Assembly: GCA_039589315.1 (NCBI GenBank)
Contig: JBDHHQ010000035.1
Coordinates: 1-50,562 of the forward strand
Direction of reading: 5' to 3'
From: Gemmatimonadota bacterium
GTDB lineage: Bacteria > Gemmatimonadota > Gemmatimonadetes > Longimicrobiales > Gaopeijiaceae
DNA: 50,562 bases
Positions 19,765 through 28,922 of the stretch are shown here, piece by piece (the first letter of the stretch is position 1; each line of letters begins with the position of its first letter). Position numbers and translations under genes: made by a program. The notes beneath the pieces are model-generated. The model was not told where the DNA came from. It saw only the letters and a program-made list of their open reading frames with translations, and did not search any database.

Positions 19765-21639
19765 TCAAGCTTCGTCCGCGGCGCTTGGTGGGTCGAGGGG
19801 CTTGCCGAGGAATAGGGCCAGACTCACCAGGAGCCTCTCGGCCGAGCCCAGTCCGGCACGGTGGTCGAGGACCTGGCGGGCTAGGGCCGGATCATCCGTG
19901 ATCAGACCGTCGGCCCCGGCGCTGATGAAGTGCCACATATCCACGGGGTCGTTCACCGTCCAGACGTAGACGTCTCTTCCCCGGGCGCGGGCCGACCGAA
20001 AGAAGCGGCGATTGGCCAGATCGGCGTTCACGGCCAAGAAGTCGACGTTCGCCCGGGTCAGGTCGCCCACGGCGGTGGCCGCCAGCAGTCCGACGGTCCA
20101 CTCCGGCCGCAGCGCGCGCACCGTCCGGATACCGGCGGCCTTGAGCGACATGACGACGACCTGGTCGGCCATGTCCTCCGACTCCACGATCTCCACGACC
20201 CGCTCCTCCAGCCGGTCCTCGTACCCGTAGTACTTGAGCTCGATGTTGACCTTCCCACGTCCCCGCGCCAGCGCGAGGACTTCGCGCAGCGTCGGGACGC
20301 GCTCACCGGAGAACTCGGCCCCGAACCAGCTGCCGATATCGACTGCCCGGAGGTCGGACGCGGTCGCGTCCCACACGCGCATCGGGCTCCTGCCGACCTT
20401 CATGAGGTCGACGTCGTGGATGACCACGACTTCGCCGTCAGCGGACTCCTGGACGTCGATCTCCAGGAAGTCCGCACCATCTCGCAGCGCCCGTTCCATG
20501 GCGGCGAGGGTGTTTTCCGGGGCGTGGATCGAAGCGCCTCGATGAGCGATCACGACGACGTCGTCCTCGACGCGAACGGATCGCAGCACGAACGCGCCCA
20601 CGCCTCCAGCCAACACGGCGAGAGCCAGAAGCGCTGCCCAAAGACCCGGCATGGACCATCTCATGGCCGGCCAGAGCCTACGTTCACGGCTCAACCGCTC
20701 GAGCGCTCGATCCGACGGCGCGCCGTCCCGTCCATGGGCGTCATAGAGCCGTACCACCAGGAGCGCGAAGCTCGTCGCCTGGAAGAAGCTCACGAGGAAG
20801 TTCAGTGTGCCCCAAAGGAGGACGAGAGCGCCCAGAGCCAATACCAGAACGGGCACCGATCCACCGATCACGGGCACGATGAGGCGCCCGAGTCCGCCGA
20901 CCGCGGCGAAGGCGACGGCGCCCGCCAGGGAGGTGGCGAGGAGCCAGACGGCGAAGAGCCAGATGACGGTCCATCGATGCCCGGCGGCCCGGCTCCGGCT
21001 CTCGCTCAACGCGGCGCTAGGGCCCGCGTCCTCGAAGAGGAGGATGGGGAGTGCGAACGCCCAACCCGCCAGGCGCGGCACCAACGCCAAAGCCAGGCCC
21101 AGGCCCAGAGCCCCGACGACCGCCACGGCCGTCCAGAAGGCCGGCGGGCGCTCGGTCAGGTAGAAGTTGATGTCGAACTCACCGAGGAGGCTCAGGTAGG
21201 CGACGCCGCCGGCGGCGGCGAAGGGCGCGGCGATCAACAACACGACGCCTGCCACGCGGACAGCGACGCGGAAGATCCCCGCGGTGTGGCTCACTCCATG
21301 CGCCATGGCAGCGCGAACCGATACGGTCTGGCCATGGGCGGTGCCGAAGCCGACGGCCATGAGGCAGGCCTGCTGAAGCGCGGCGATGGCCAGGGCCGTC
21401 CCGCCCAGCAGCACCAGGGCCACGAGGCCCACAGGGCGGAGTACGAAGTGGAGGATGTCCAGGTCCGCCAGCGCCGACTGGCCGGACGTGGCGATGATCG
21501 CCCTCAGCATCAGGCTCGCGAGAGGGGTCAGTATGGCAAAGGCCGCCAGCGCGTAGAGCACCTCGACCGCCACCAGGCGTGGCCAGGACGCCCGGAAGTC
21601 GTCGAGCGCCTGCCTCGCCAGGCGGATGATCTCGGTCAC
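19765..21639 (-). CDS. Glycerophosphodiester phosphodiesterase with N-terminal membrane domain
   Basis: Multi-TM N-terminal half, then VIAHRGAS..PENTLAA, LEIDV, NIELK, WTVND, GLITDDP. Confidence 0.92.
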   Translation of the reverse strand: MTEIIRLARQALDDFRASWPRLVAVEVLYALAAFAILTPLASLMLRAIIATSGQSALADLDILHFVLRPVGLVALVLLGGTALAIAALQQACLMAVGFGTAHGQTVSVRAAMAHGVSHTAGIFRVAVRVAGVVLLIAAPFAAAGGVAYLSLLGEFDINFYLTERPPAFWTAVAVVGALGLGLALALVPRLAGWAFALPILLFEDAGPSAALSESRSRAAGHRWTVIWLFAVWLLATSLAGAVAFAAVGGLGRLIVPVIGGSVPVLVLALGALVLLWGTLNFLVSFFQATSFALLVVRLYDAHGRDGAPSDRALERLSRERRLWPAMRWSMPGLWAALLALAVLAGGVGAFVLRSVRVEDDVVVIAHRGASIHAPENTLAAMERALRDGADFLEIDVQESADGEVVVIHDVDLMKVGRSPMRVWDATASDLRAVDIGSWFGAEFSGERVPTLREVLALARGRGKVNIELKYYGYEDRLEERVVEIVESEDMADQVVVMSLKAAGIRTVRALRPEWTVGLLAATAVGDLTRANVDFLAVNADLANRRFFRSARARGRDVYVWTVNDPVDMWHFISAGADGLITDDPALARQVLDHRAGLGSAERLLVSLALFLGKPLDPPSAADEA

Positions 21640-23033
21640 GTAGCCATCTCCCCGCTCGCCCGCCGGACCGACCCGGGCCTCACAGCTCGAAGCCGAAGAT
21701 GAATCGCCAGCTCCGGTGGCGGATCCTGGCGTCCGTGGCCCAGCACCTCACTCTGGGAGACGCCCAGCAGGTCGGTGACCCGATCGAACGGCGAGTTTCC
21801 CGAGCCGAGCCCCGCTCCGAGCGTGAAGCGGACTTCCCCGACCGTGACGTCAGCGCCGACCGTTCCCAATGTGATGTCCCAAGGTGCCGTACCGATGGCG
21901 ACAGGCTCGTCCGGCGCCGCGCTGAGGTCCGTCACCAGGCTCGCGAAGCCCTGGACCCTCGCACTGAACCGATGCTCGACGCCCACTCCCCAGTTGAGGA
22001 CGGAGTTGGCTGCGTGCGTGAGGCCTACCCGAACGGTGTCGCCCTCCACGGGAATGGCGTCCGCAGCGATGACGTCGTAGGGATCCAGGGCAGCGAACCA
22101 CTCGGCGCTCCCGTGCAACCGCGTGTCACCGAGCGTCCAGGCTGCCCCGAGCCCCACGGAAAGCGGGGACCTGTAGCTCGAGTCGAGGCCGTCCTGGAGG
22201 TCAGCGGCGAGGGCGTCTCCTTCGTCGTCGCCGAAGCGGCCGCGGCTGGCGCCCACGCGGCCCTGTCCCAGCAGTTGGACACTGGGCGTCGTGAGCGTGA
22301 GTCCCAGGTCCAGCTTGGACACCTGGTAGTAGACGCCGACTTTCCATAGAAGGCGAATACTCCAGTAGTTGTGACCGCCAATATCGATGTCCGCCTCGCC
22401 GACTCCAGCGCTGTCCAGGGACTGGCCGATTCCCTCGAACCGGGAGCTGTGGGAGCGCAACGCGCCGAACATGGTGGCGCCAAGACCGATCCGGGCCCCT
22501 GGCCGGTGCGCCCACGACACGCCGGCCCATGAATCCCTCACGTCGTTCTCGAAGCGGACCGTGCCCACCACCCGCTCCAGTCCTTCCTCCGGATCGATCT
22601 CGTCCGCGTCGAAGATGAGCTCGGTGCCGACGTCCGTGTTCACGCGCTGCCGCGTCAGAAGGGAGTACGCCCAGGTGTGCGCATCGCCACCGAACGGGAG
22701 CCGCCCGGCGATCAACGACGGCTCGAGACCCGACCGGGTGGTCGAAAGGTCCACACCCTGGCCGGCGCCGTTCTCTACCGTGATGGACTCGAACTCGAAC
22801 ACCTGGGTGCTCAGGACGAAGCCTGGGCCCTCCAGCAGAGAGAGCCGGGCCGGGTTGTAGAATGTGGCCGCGAACCCGTCTACGCTGCCGATGACCGCTC
22901 CACCCAGGAGGCTTGCCCGGGGGCCGTACTGTTGGGTCCAGTAGTGGGCGTCCTGGGCTGCCAATGCGTGGGGGGTGACCCCGACCAGCAAGACGGCTGC
23001 GACGAGGAGCGTCCGGATGGGGTCTCTGGGCAT
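21636..23033 (-). CDS. Outer-membrane beta-barrel protein (FadL/Toluene_X-like), probably frameshifted near the C-terminus
   Basis: Signal peptide; QYGPRASLLGGA..ATFYNPARL as in FadL-like N-termini; amphipathic strands. An alternative frame gives a barrel-type end with stop at 21680-21682. Confidence 0.7.
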   Translation of the reverse strand: MPRDPIRTLLVAAVLLVGVTPHALAAQDAHYWTQQYGPRASLLGGAVIGSVDGFAATFYNPARLSLLEGPGFVLSTQVFEFESITVENGAGQGVDLSTTRSGLEPSLIAGRLPFGGDAHTWAYSLLTRQRVNTDVGTELIFDADEIDPEEGLERVVGTVRFENDVRDSWAGVSWAHRPGARIGLGATMFGALRSHSSRFEGIGQSLDSAGVGEADIDIGGHNYWSIRLLWKVGVYYQVSKLDLGLTLTTPSVQLLGQGRVGASRGRFGDDEGDALAADLQDGLDSSYRSPLSVGLGAAWTLGDTRLHGSAEWFAALDPYDVIAADAIPVEGDTVRVGLTHAANSVLNWGVGVEHRFSARVQGFASLVTDLSAAPDEPVAIGTAPWDITLGTVGADVTVGEVRFTLGAGLGSGNSPFDRVTDLLGVSQSEVLGHGRQDPPPELAIHLRLRAVRPGSVRRASGEMAT

Positions 23034-23280
23034 TGTCCGTGGCAAAGAAGGCCCACGTCGGGCGGGTCGGGATCATCCTGGGGCATCAACCGGTCTTGCG
23101 CCAGCCACGGACGGGACCCCCCCCGCACCGTGCCATGAATCCGCCGCGCTCCTCGGGCGGTGCACGACTCAGCGAACGGATTTCCCCGGCTCGGGTCACT
23201 GGAGCGAGAACGGGTCGACCACGCTGCGCGCGGTCGACCCGGGGCCCATCGTTCAGGGGTCGGACTGTGAAACCCGCGCT

Positions 23281-24258
23281 CTACGCCGCCGTCCGCAGCC
23301 TCCGCAGATCCTTGAACCGGATCAGCTTGTGACTCTCCGGATCCCACAGAGTGAGCCGGATGCACGCGAACGTCTCCTTGAGGGTGATCCGGGTCACCCT
23401 CTGGAGTGCGGGGTTCTCGTCCAGGCACTGCTGGAGCTTGTAGTTCGGGATCTTGGCAGCGATGTGGTGAATGTGGTGGATGCCGATGCTTGCCGTGAGC
23501 CACTGGAGCGGCTTCGGCAAGACCAGGTAGGAGCTGCCCTGCAGGCCCGCATCGAAGAAGTCCCAGTTCTCGTGGTCGTGCCAGTACGTGTCTTCGAACT
23601 GATGCTGGACGTAGAACAGCCAAACCCCCAGTGTGCAGGCAAAGAGCGTGACGGGAAGCTGCACCAGGAGGAACGCCTTCCATCCGATCAGCACGATCAG
23701 CGCTGTCACGACTGCCACGAGGGCCACGTTGGTCTTCCAGACGCTGGACCAGGCCTGCTTCCAGTTCTTCGGAATGTCCCAGGGATAGCGGTGCTTGATC
23801 AGGAAGTGGAACGCGGCGCCCGGCCCGAACAGCACGACGGGGTTCCGATACACGCGGTAGTGGAGCTTACCCAGCCAGTCCAGATTCCGGTATTCGTCCA
23901 CGGTGAGCGTCGCGATCTCGCCGAAGGTGCGGAAGTCCAGATCCCCCGAGTGGGCGTGATGGTAAGCATGGGTCCGGCGCCAGTACTGATAGGGCGTGAG
24001 CGTGAGCACGCCGATCCAGAATCCGACCAGATCGGCAGCTCTCTTCGACCTGAAGAACGAGCCATGCCCGCAGTCGTGTTGGATCATGAACAGGCGCATC
24101 ACGAACGCCGCGGTAGGCACCGCCAGGACCAGCGTCAGCCAGTAGCCCACTTCGAGGCTTCGGTAGGTCGCGTACCAGAGCAATAAGAACGGGACGGCCG
24201 AGGTCATCAGCTGCCCCACGCTCTTGCGCAGCTCGGGTCCGAAGTAAGGACGGACCAT
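23281..24258 (-). CDS. Membrane fatty-acid desaturase (Des/DesA-like)
   Basis: His boxes QHDCGH, HAYHHAH, HHIHH; FYVQHQFE; IPNYKL. Possible upstream CTG start at 24303. Confidence 0.93.
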   Translation of the reverse strand: MVRPYFGPELRKSVGQLMTSAVPFLLLWYATYRSLEVGYWLTLVLAVPTAAFVMRLFMIQHDCGHGSFFRSKRAADLVGFWIGVLTLTPYQYWRRTHAYHHAHSGDLDFRTFGEIATLTVDEYRNLDWLGKLHYRVYRNPVVLFGPGAAFHFLIKHRYPWDIPKNWKQAWSSVWKTNVALVAVVTALIVLIGWKAFLLVQLPVTLFACTLGVWLFYVQHQFEDTYWHDHENWDFFDAGLQGSSYLVLPKPLQWLTASIGIHHIHHIAAKIPNYKLQQCLDENPALQRVTRITLKETFACIRLTLWDPESHKLIRFKDLRRLRTAA

Positions 24259-24531
24259 GTCGATGTAGGGATTCCCGCTCCCCGGGCTCTTTTCCGTGCT
24301 CAGAGGGATCTCCAGGCTTGGTAGTTCTAGTGTGGGATGTCTTGGGTCCGGCTCTCCCTGCCCGCCGGCGTGCCAACTCTAAATTTCTCATGACGGGGCG
24401 CAAGTGGCAACCTGCAGCTTCGATGGCGATTTGCGTTGGGTGCCCGGTCCCTCCGCATACTTGACCCGCTACGCTGTCGAGCGCGAAGCTTCCAAGCCTC
24501 CGAGACGCCCGGCTCGTCCCTACTTCATCGA

Positions 24532-25167
24532 ATGGTCATGATCAGATCCGTCGCCCTCGTATGCTCGCTCCTGACGCTTGCCTCTTCCGGCACTAGCGCC
24601 CAGGAGGCCTTCCGCTCGAACACCACGGGCTTCTTCCTGAACGGTCACGTGGGCGCCGCTGCGGGCAACGTCGAGGACGGTGACACCGAAGCAGGCTTCG
24701 GCGGCGGGCTGCTCGCGGGGTACGGGATCAACCCGGTATGGCAGATCTTCCTCGGTGGAGACGCCACGTCCATCGACGTGAGCAACCCTGATTTCACCGG
24801 CGCCTACACGCTGTACCAGGGAGACGTTGGAGCCCGGCTGAACTTCCCCGATCCGAGCGCCGCGTTCGTCGGGTACATCGTGGGAGCGGTAACGGGGCAA
24901 TTCGCGACGGGGACGATCGCTGCCGGCGACAACGAGGGGCGGGACGCCGAGCTGGGAGGGTTCGGAGGCACGGTGGGGACCGGCTTCCAGTACTTCTTCT
25001 CGCCGGCCCTCGCGCTGGACACGGTGATCCAATTCACCTTCGGACAGTATACGCACGCGGACGTGGACGATCCGAGCGTCCAGGGAGGCAGTCTGTCCAA
25101 CAACCTCCAGAACTGGGTCACCCGGCTGAACGTCGGTCTGACCTGGTATCCTCAGGCGCGCCGCTAG
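24532..25167 (+). CDS. Outer-membrane beta-barrel protein
   Basis: Signal peptide (TSA-Q), Gly-rich strands, C-terminal RLNVGLTWYP. Confidence 0.75.
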   Translation: MVMIRSVALVCSLLTLASSGTSAQEAFRSNTTGFFLNGHVGAAAGNVEDGDTEAGFGGGLLAGYGINPVWQIFLGGDATSIDVSNPDFTGAYTLYQGDVGARLNFPDPSAAFVGYIVGAVTGQFATGTIAAGDNEGRDAELGGFGGTVGTGFQYFFSPALALDTVIQFTFGQYTHADVDDPSVQGGSLSNNLQNWVTRLNVGLTWYPQARR

Positions 25168-26162
25168 AGCGGATAGACGGCGCCCTCACGGGCGATCTCG
25201 AACCCGCGTCGCCGGATCTGCTCCGCTTCCGGGCTCTCCTCGTCGAGCGCCGGGTTGGTGTTGTTCAAGTGGGTGAACACGATGCGCTTGCCCTCTCGGG
25301 TCAGTGACTCCAAACGGGTCATCGTGTCGGGGATCATGGGGTGCGGGATGTCCTCGATCCTCCGACCCGGGACCTCCTCGGGGCGGAAGAACGCTCCATC
25401 CAGCAAGGCGACGTCCACGTCGTTCACCACGTCTTCGACGCGTAGATCCCAACGGTTCCAGGCATCGATGTCCGGCAGGTAGAGGAGCGTGCGGCGCAGG
25501 CCGCGGAACTGGAACGTCACCGTGTCGGAGAACTCGGGGCGGTGGGGTACCGGCGTCATCTTCACCTGGAAAGCGCCATCCACGTCCATCCAGCGGTCCG
25601 GCTCGATGTCCGGGAAGTGCAGCCGCCCCTCCCGCACCATCAAGCTCCAGGGGCCGTTCTCGGTGAGGAACCGACGCATCTCCGCGGAGCAGTAGCACGG
25701 CGTCGGGGCGATGCCCAGCCCCTCCCTGCCGAGGAGCGCCAGCCCCAGGTAATGGCCCATGTGGGCGTGGGTCAGGAAGATGCCGTCGAAGGGCCGCCGC
25801 GCCTGAGCCCGAGAGCGAAAGGCGGGCTCGTCGATCAGGTCCATCTGTTGACGAAGGTCCGGGCTGGCGTCGACCAGGTAGAAGCGTCGGGACTGGGGAC
25901 GCGCCCGCTCGGGGAGCACCAGGGCCAGGGACGTCACGTACCTGGGGGTCTGCTCCCGGGCTCGGTCACAGGCGTCCGAGTAGCAGCCGGCCTGGGGCAT
26001 GCCGCCGTCCTGCACGGAGCCCAACACGAGGGCGTAAGGTGGCTCCTGAATCGACGGGTGACCTCGGCCCGACGTGGGCGATCCGATTCCCTGGCGACTG
26101 TTCAAGATGCCCGCACCACTCGCCGCCCCGAGGGCGCCCAGGAATGCCCGCCTGCTGATCAT
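25164..26162 (-). CDS. Tat-exported metallo-beta-lactamase-fold hydrolase, PqqB-like
   Basis: SRRAFL twin-arginine signal; VLGSVQDGGMPQAGC, LVDASPDLRQQ, LTHAHMGHY, IPHP, FTHLNNTNP. Confidence 0.88.
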   Translation of the reverse strand: MISRRAFLGALGAASGAGILNSRQGIGSPTSGRGHPSIQEPPYALVLGSVQDGGMPQAGCYSDACDRAREQTPRYVTSLALVLPERARPQSRRFYLVDASPDLRQQMDLIDEPAFRSRAQARRPFDGIFLTHAHMGHYLGLALLGREGLGIAPTPCYCSAEMRRFLTENGPWSLMVREGRLHFPDIEPDRWMDVDGAFQVKMTPVPHRPEFSDTVTFQFRGLRRTLLYLPDIDAWNRWDLRVEDVVNDVDVALLDGAFFRPEEVPGRRIEDIPHPMIPDTMTRLESLTREGKRIVFTHLNNTNPALDEESPEAEQIRRRGFEIAREGAVYPL

Positions 26163-26315
26163 GCTGCTGTCTCCACTCTGTTCGGCCGCTTCCTGCCACG
26201 TACCCGAGGGACTGGATCACGGCGCGGTCCGGAGGTACGCGCTCGACGGCTCCCGGAAAGCTCAGCTCTTTGCCCGCTTCCCATCCAGGATAGCTCGAGG
26301 ACGCTGCCGGGATAG

Positions 26316-26357
26316 AAAAAAGAAACGCCACCGGGTCAGCCGCCCCGGTGGCGTTTC
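26316..26357 (-). terminator. Rho-independent terminator
   Basis: Perfect 14-bp stem (GAAACGCCACCGGG 26322-26335 / CCCGGTGGCGTTTC 26344-26357), 8-nt loop, followed by TTTTTT on the minus strand. Confidence 0.88.
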
Positions 26358-26420
26358 ACATCTGTCGCAACCCGGCGCGAAGGCCGCTAACCGGCGCGAA
26401 CAGCTACGATCTTGTCCGGC

Positions 26421-26483
26421 TCAGATGCCGAAGCGGCGATCGCTTGCCCGTGCAGGGTTGCGCACAGTACTTGGACTAGACAA
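26421..26483 (-). CDS. Candidate 20-aa small protein MSSPSTVRNPARASDRRFGI (or part of an ncRNA)
   Basis: TTG start 7 nt after GGAGG within AAGGAGGTGATC; lies between its own promoter-like sequence and terminator. No homology known to me. Confidence 0.45.
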   Translation of the reverse strand: MSSPSTVRNPARASDRRFGI

Positions 26484-26606
26484 TTGATCACCTCCTTGTT
26501 TCGGGACTACATCGGGCACAACGCCGGCGGGGTCGAGCCCCGCAGTCCGAACGGGTGGCCCCCTCTGGAGCCTCCCGCCCAGCCCAGACCGTAAAAGGTC
26601 GACCCG

Positions 26607-26655
26607 AACATAAAGCGAATTCTGGGAGAGGGGCAAGCGTTTCGATCGAAACGCT
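26607..26655 (-). promoter_or_regulatory. Putative sigma70 promoter with adjoining palindromic operator
   Basis: TTGCCC (26636-26631), N18, TATGTT (26612-26607); perfect palindrome AGCGTTTCGATCGAAACGCT at 26636-26655. Confidence 0.55.
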
Positions 26656-27073
26656 CGATATGGCTCCGCTACGGCGGCCATCGGCGGGGCGATGGCTGCC
26701 GCGCAGCCGGCCCGCGCGAGCCGTTTCGGCGACCGCCGTCCCGCATTGCCGTCGAGAGAGTGGACCGCTTCGGGCCACCCGTCGGGCACGAAGTGGCCGT
26801 GGCGTCCCCAGAGACCCATTCTAGTGTGGTGCCGCAGAAGTCTGGTAGCTACCGAGGGGGCCGATGCGCCCGAGCCGGCAAGGCGCGGAGACGAGTAATA
26901 GCAGCGCTATTGCGAGGAGCCGCAACGCCGCCGGGCGGGATGCAGCGGCTCTCGAATAGCATCACGGCTTTTGCAGCACCACACCAGGGTCGTGCCCTGG
27001 CACCGCGTTGCGGTTCGGGAGGTCGGACGATCTCGCCGGATCGGAGCCTTGACGCAGCCACCGAGGAGGAAGC

Positions 27074-28798
27074 ATGAAGCCATCGAGTCCGAGCGCGCGC
27101 CCCGCCACCGGTGGCGCGGTACGCCTCGCCGCGGCGGTCGTTCTGTCACTGGCCTGGGCCGGCACGGCCGAGGCCCAGCTCGAGCGGATCGCGCTTCAGC
27201 CCGTTCCCACCGAGACCAGGCAGTTCGGCGAGTTGGCCGAGGGCCCCTACGAGCGCCTGGTCATCCAGAACGTGATGGTGATCCCCGGCCACGGCGGTCC
27301 CGCGGCAGGCCCGTACGACATCCTGATCACCGGCAACGTGATCGCCGACATGCAGCGCTTCGACCCCATCTCCGCTGAGCGCGCCGCCGCGGCCGGGGAG
27401 CCGCTGGAGCGGCTCACGGGCGACCGGGTGATCGACGGGAGCGGGCAGTACGTCATGCCCGGTATGATCAACCTGCACCTCCATCTGCGGGAGGAGGCGC
27501 TGCCCCTGGACTACATCTACTACATGCAGCTGGCCACCGGCGTGACCTCCGTCGGGCCGGCCGAAGAGGAGCGGGTCCAGGATCAGCTGGAGGCCATCCG
27601 CAGCAACGAGATCCTGGCTCCGCGACTCTTCCCAATCTACGGCTGGGGTTCGAAGACGGACTACACGGAGGAGCAGCTCCGGGACCCGGCGCTGGCACCC
27701 CAGATCGCTCGTGAGATGATCGCGGCCGGAGTTCGCCAGGTATACCTGAACAGCCTGTGCTGGAACGCGGAGCTGTTCGGCGCCGCCGCACAGGCCGTGG
27801 AGTCGGCAGGCGGCGTCACCGGCGTCCACATCCAACCTGCCAGCACCACCGTCGTCGACGCGTTGGACGCGGCGCGGCTGGGCGTATCCATGATCGTCCA
27901 CCACTACGGCTACGCCGAATCGGCGCTCAACCGGGACAGCCAGGACTACCCCGTCGATTACAACTTCAACGACGAGAACAAGCGCTTCCGGGAGGCCGCC
28001 CGGGTATGGGTGGAGGCGGGCGAGAACCCCGAGACCCGCCACCGGCTCCTGAACGACGTGGTGGATTCGCTGGTCTACTACGGCGTGACCATGCAGCCGA
28101 ATCGGGCGACCTACGAGGCCAACAGGGACATCGTCCGGGCCCAGGGGCTGCCCTGGCACGAGAAGTACACCCACCAGGCGCTTTGGGAGTGGCACCTGCC
28201 CAGTCCCGAGCACCACGCGGCCTTCCAGTACAACTGGACGTCCCTGGACGAGTACTACTGGCACTACATGTACGACCTCTGGGGCGACCTGATCTTCGAG
28301 TTCAACAAGCGGGGCGGGCGCGTCGCCTATGGGACCGACGACAACTATCAGTGGTCCACCGGTGGCTTCGGCAACATCCGGGAGCTCCAGCTGGTGCTGG
28401 AGTCGGGGATGCACCCCCTGGAGGTGCTGCGTAGCGCCACGAAGAACAGCGCGGACTTCCTCATGGAGCCGAAGCTGGGCCTGATCCAGGAGGGGTACGT
28501 GGCGGACCTGCTGCTCGTAGACGGCAGCCCCGCCGAGAGCTTCCGCTACCTCTATCCGTTCGGCCAGATCATGATGGATGAGGAGACCCACGAGATGTAC
28601 CGCACCGAGGGCATCATCCACACGATCAAGGATGGGATCGTGATCAACAACGACGCGGTGATGGAGGAGGTCGCCCGGATCGTCGCCGAGTCCAAGGTCA
28701 ACGCCGGCCCCGACATCGTGACCGAGCCGTTCCAGGTGGCGCCGCGTCGGCCCGCCGGGACCGACGGGTCCGGTTCGAACGATCCGGGCAGGCGTTGA
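27074..28798 (+). CDS. Exported amidohydrolase-family protein
   Basis: RBS GAGGAGG; signal peptide; VIDGSGQYVMPGMINLHLH, YGTDD, GMHPLEVLRSAT, GYVADLLLVDGSP. Confidence 0.9.
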   Translation: MKPSSPSARPATGGAVRLAAAVVLSLAWAGTAEAQLERIALQPVPTETRQFGELAEGPYERLVIQNVMVIPGHGGPAAGPYDILITGNVIADMQRFDPISAERAAAAGEPLERLTGDRVIDGSGQYVMPGMINLHLHLREEALPLDYIYYMQLATGVTSVGPAEEERVQDQLEAIRSNEILAPRLFPIYGWGSKTDYTEEQLRDPALAPQIAREMIAAGVRQVYLNSLCWNAELFGAAAQAVESAGGVTGVHIQPASTTVVDALDAARLGVSMIVHHYGYAESALNRDSQDYPVDYNFNDENKRFREAARVWVEAGENPETRHRLLNDVVDSLVYYGVTMQPNRATYEANRDIVRAQGLPWHEKYTHQALWEWHLPSPEHHAAFQYNWTSLDEYYWHYMYDLWGDLIFEFNKRGGRVAYGTDDNYQWSTGGFGNIRELQLVLESGMHPLEVLRSATKNSADFLMEPKLGLIQEGYVADLLLVDGSPAESFRYLYPFGQIMMDEETHEMYRTEGIIHTIKDGIVINNDAVMEEVARIVAESKVNAGPDIVTEPFQVAPRRPAGTDGSGSNDPGRR

Positions 28799-28865
28799 GC
28801 GGGGCGTTCACCCGCTGGTGGAGCGCGGAGGCGGTGCGGCAGCGCGCTGCGGACACGCTCGGGAG

Positions 28866-28922
28866 CGGCGGCTGTCCAGGTCGTCTGAACCCGGCGGCTG
28901 TCCAGGTCCTCTGAACCCGGCG
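28866..28922. repeat. 26-bp tandem repeat, about 2.2 copies
   Basis: CGGCGGCTGTCCAGGTCGTCTGAACC / CGGCGGCTGTCCAGGTCCTCTGAACC / CGGCG, one mismatch, between convergent genes. Confidence 0.85.

Noticed and set aside
26421..26483. sORF as true pqqA
   Set aside because: No E-x3-Y motif and no pqqC/D/E in the window.
26470..26500. GATCACCTCCTT on the plus strand as the 3' end of a 16S rRNA gene
   Set aside because: The upstream sequence lacks the conserved 16S terminal helix and there is no room for an rRNA gene; better read as a minus-strand SD.
28866..28922. CRISPR array
   Set aside because: Repeats are directly adjacent with no spacers, only about two copies, and no cas genes.
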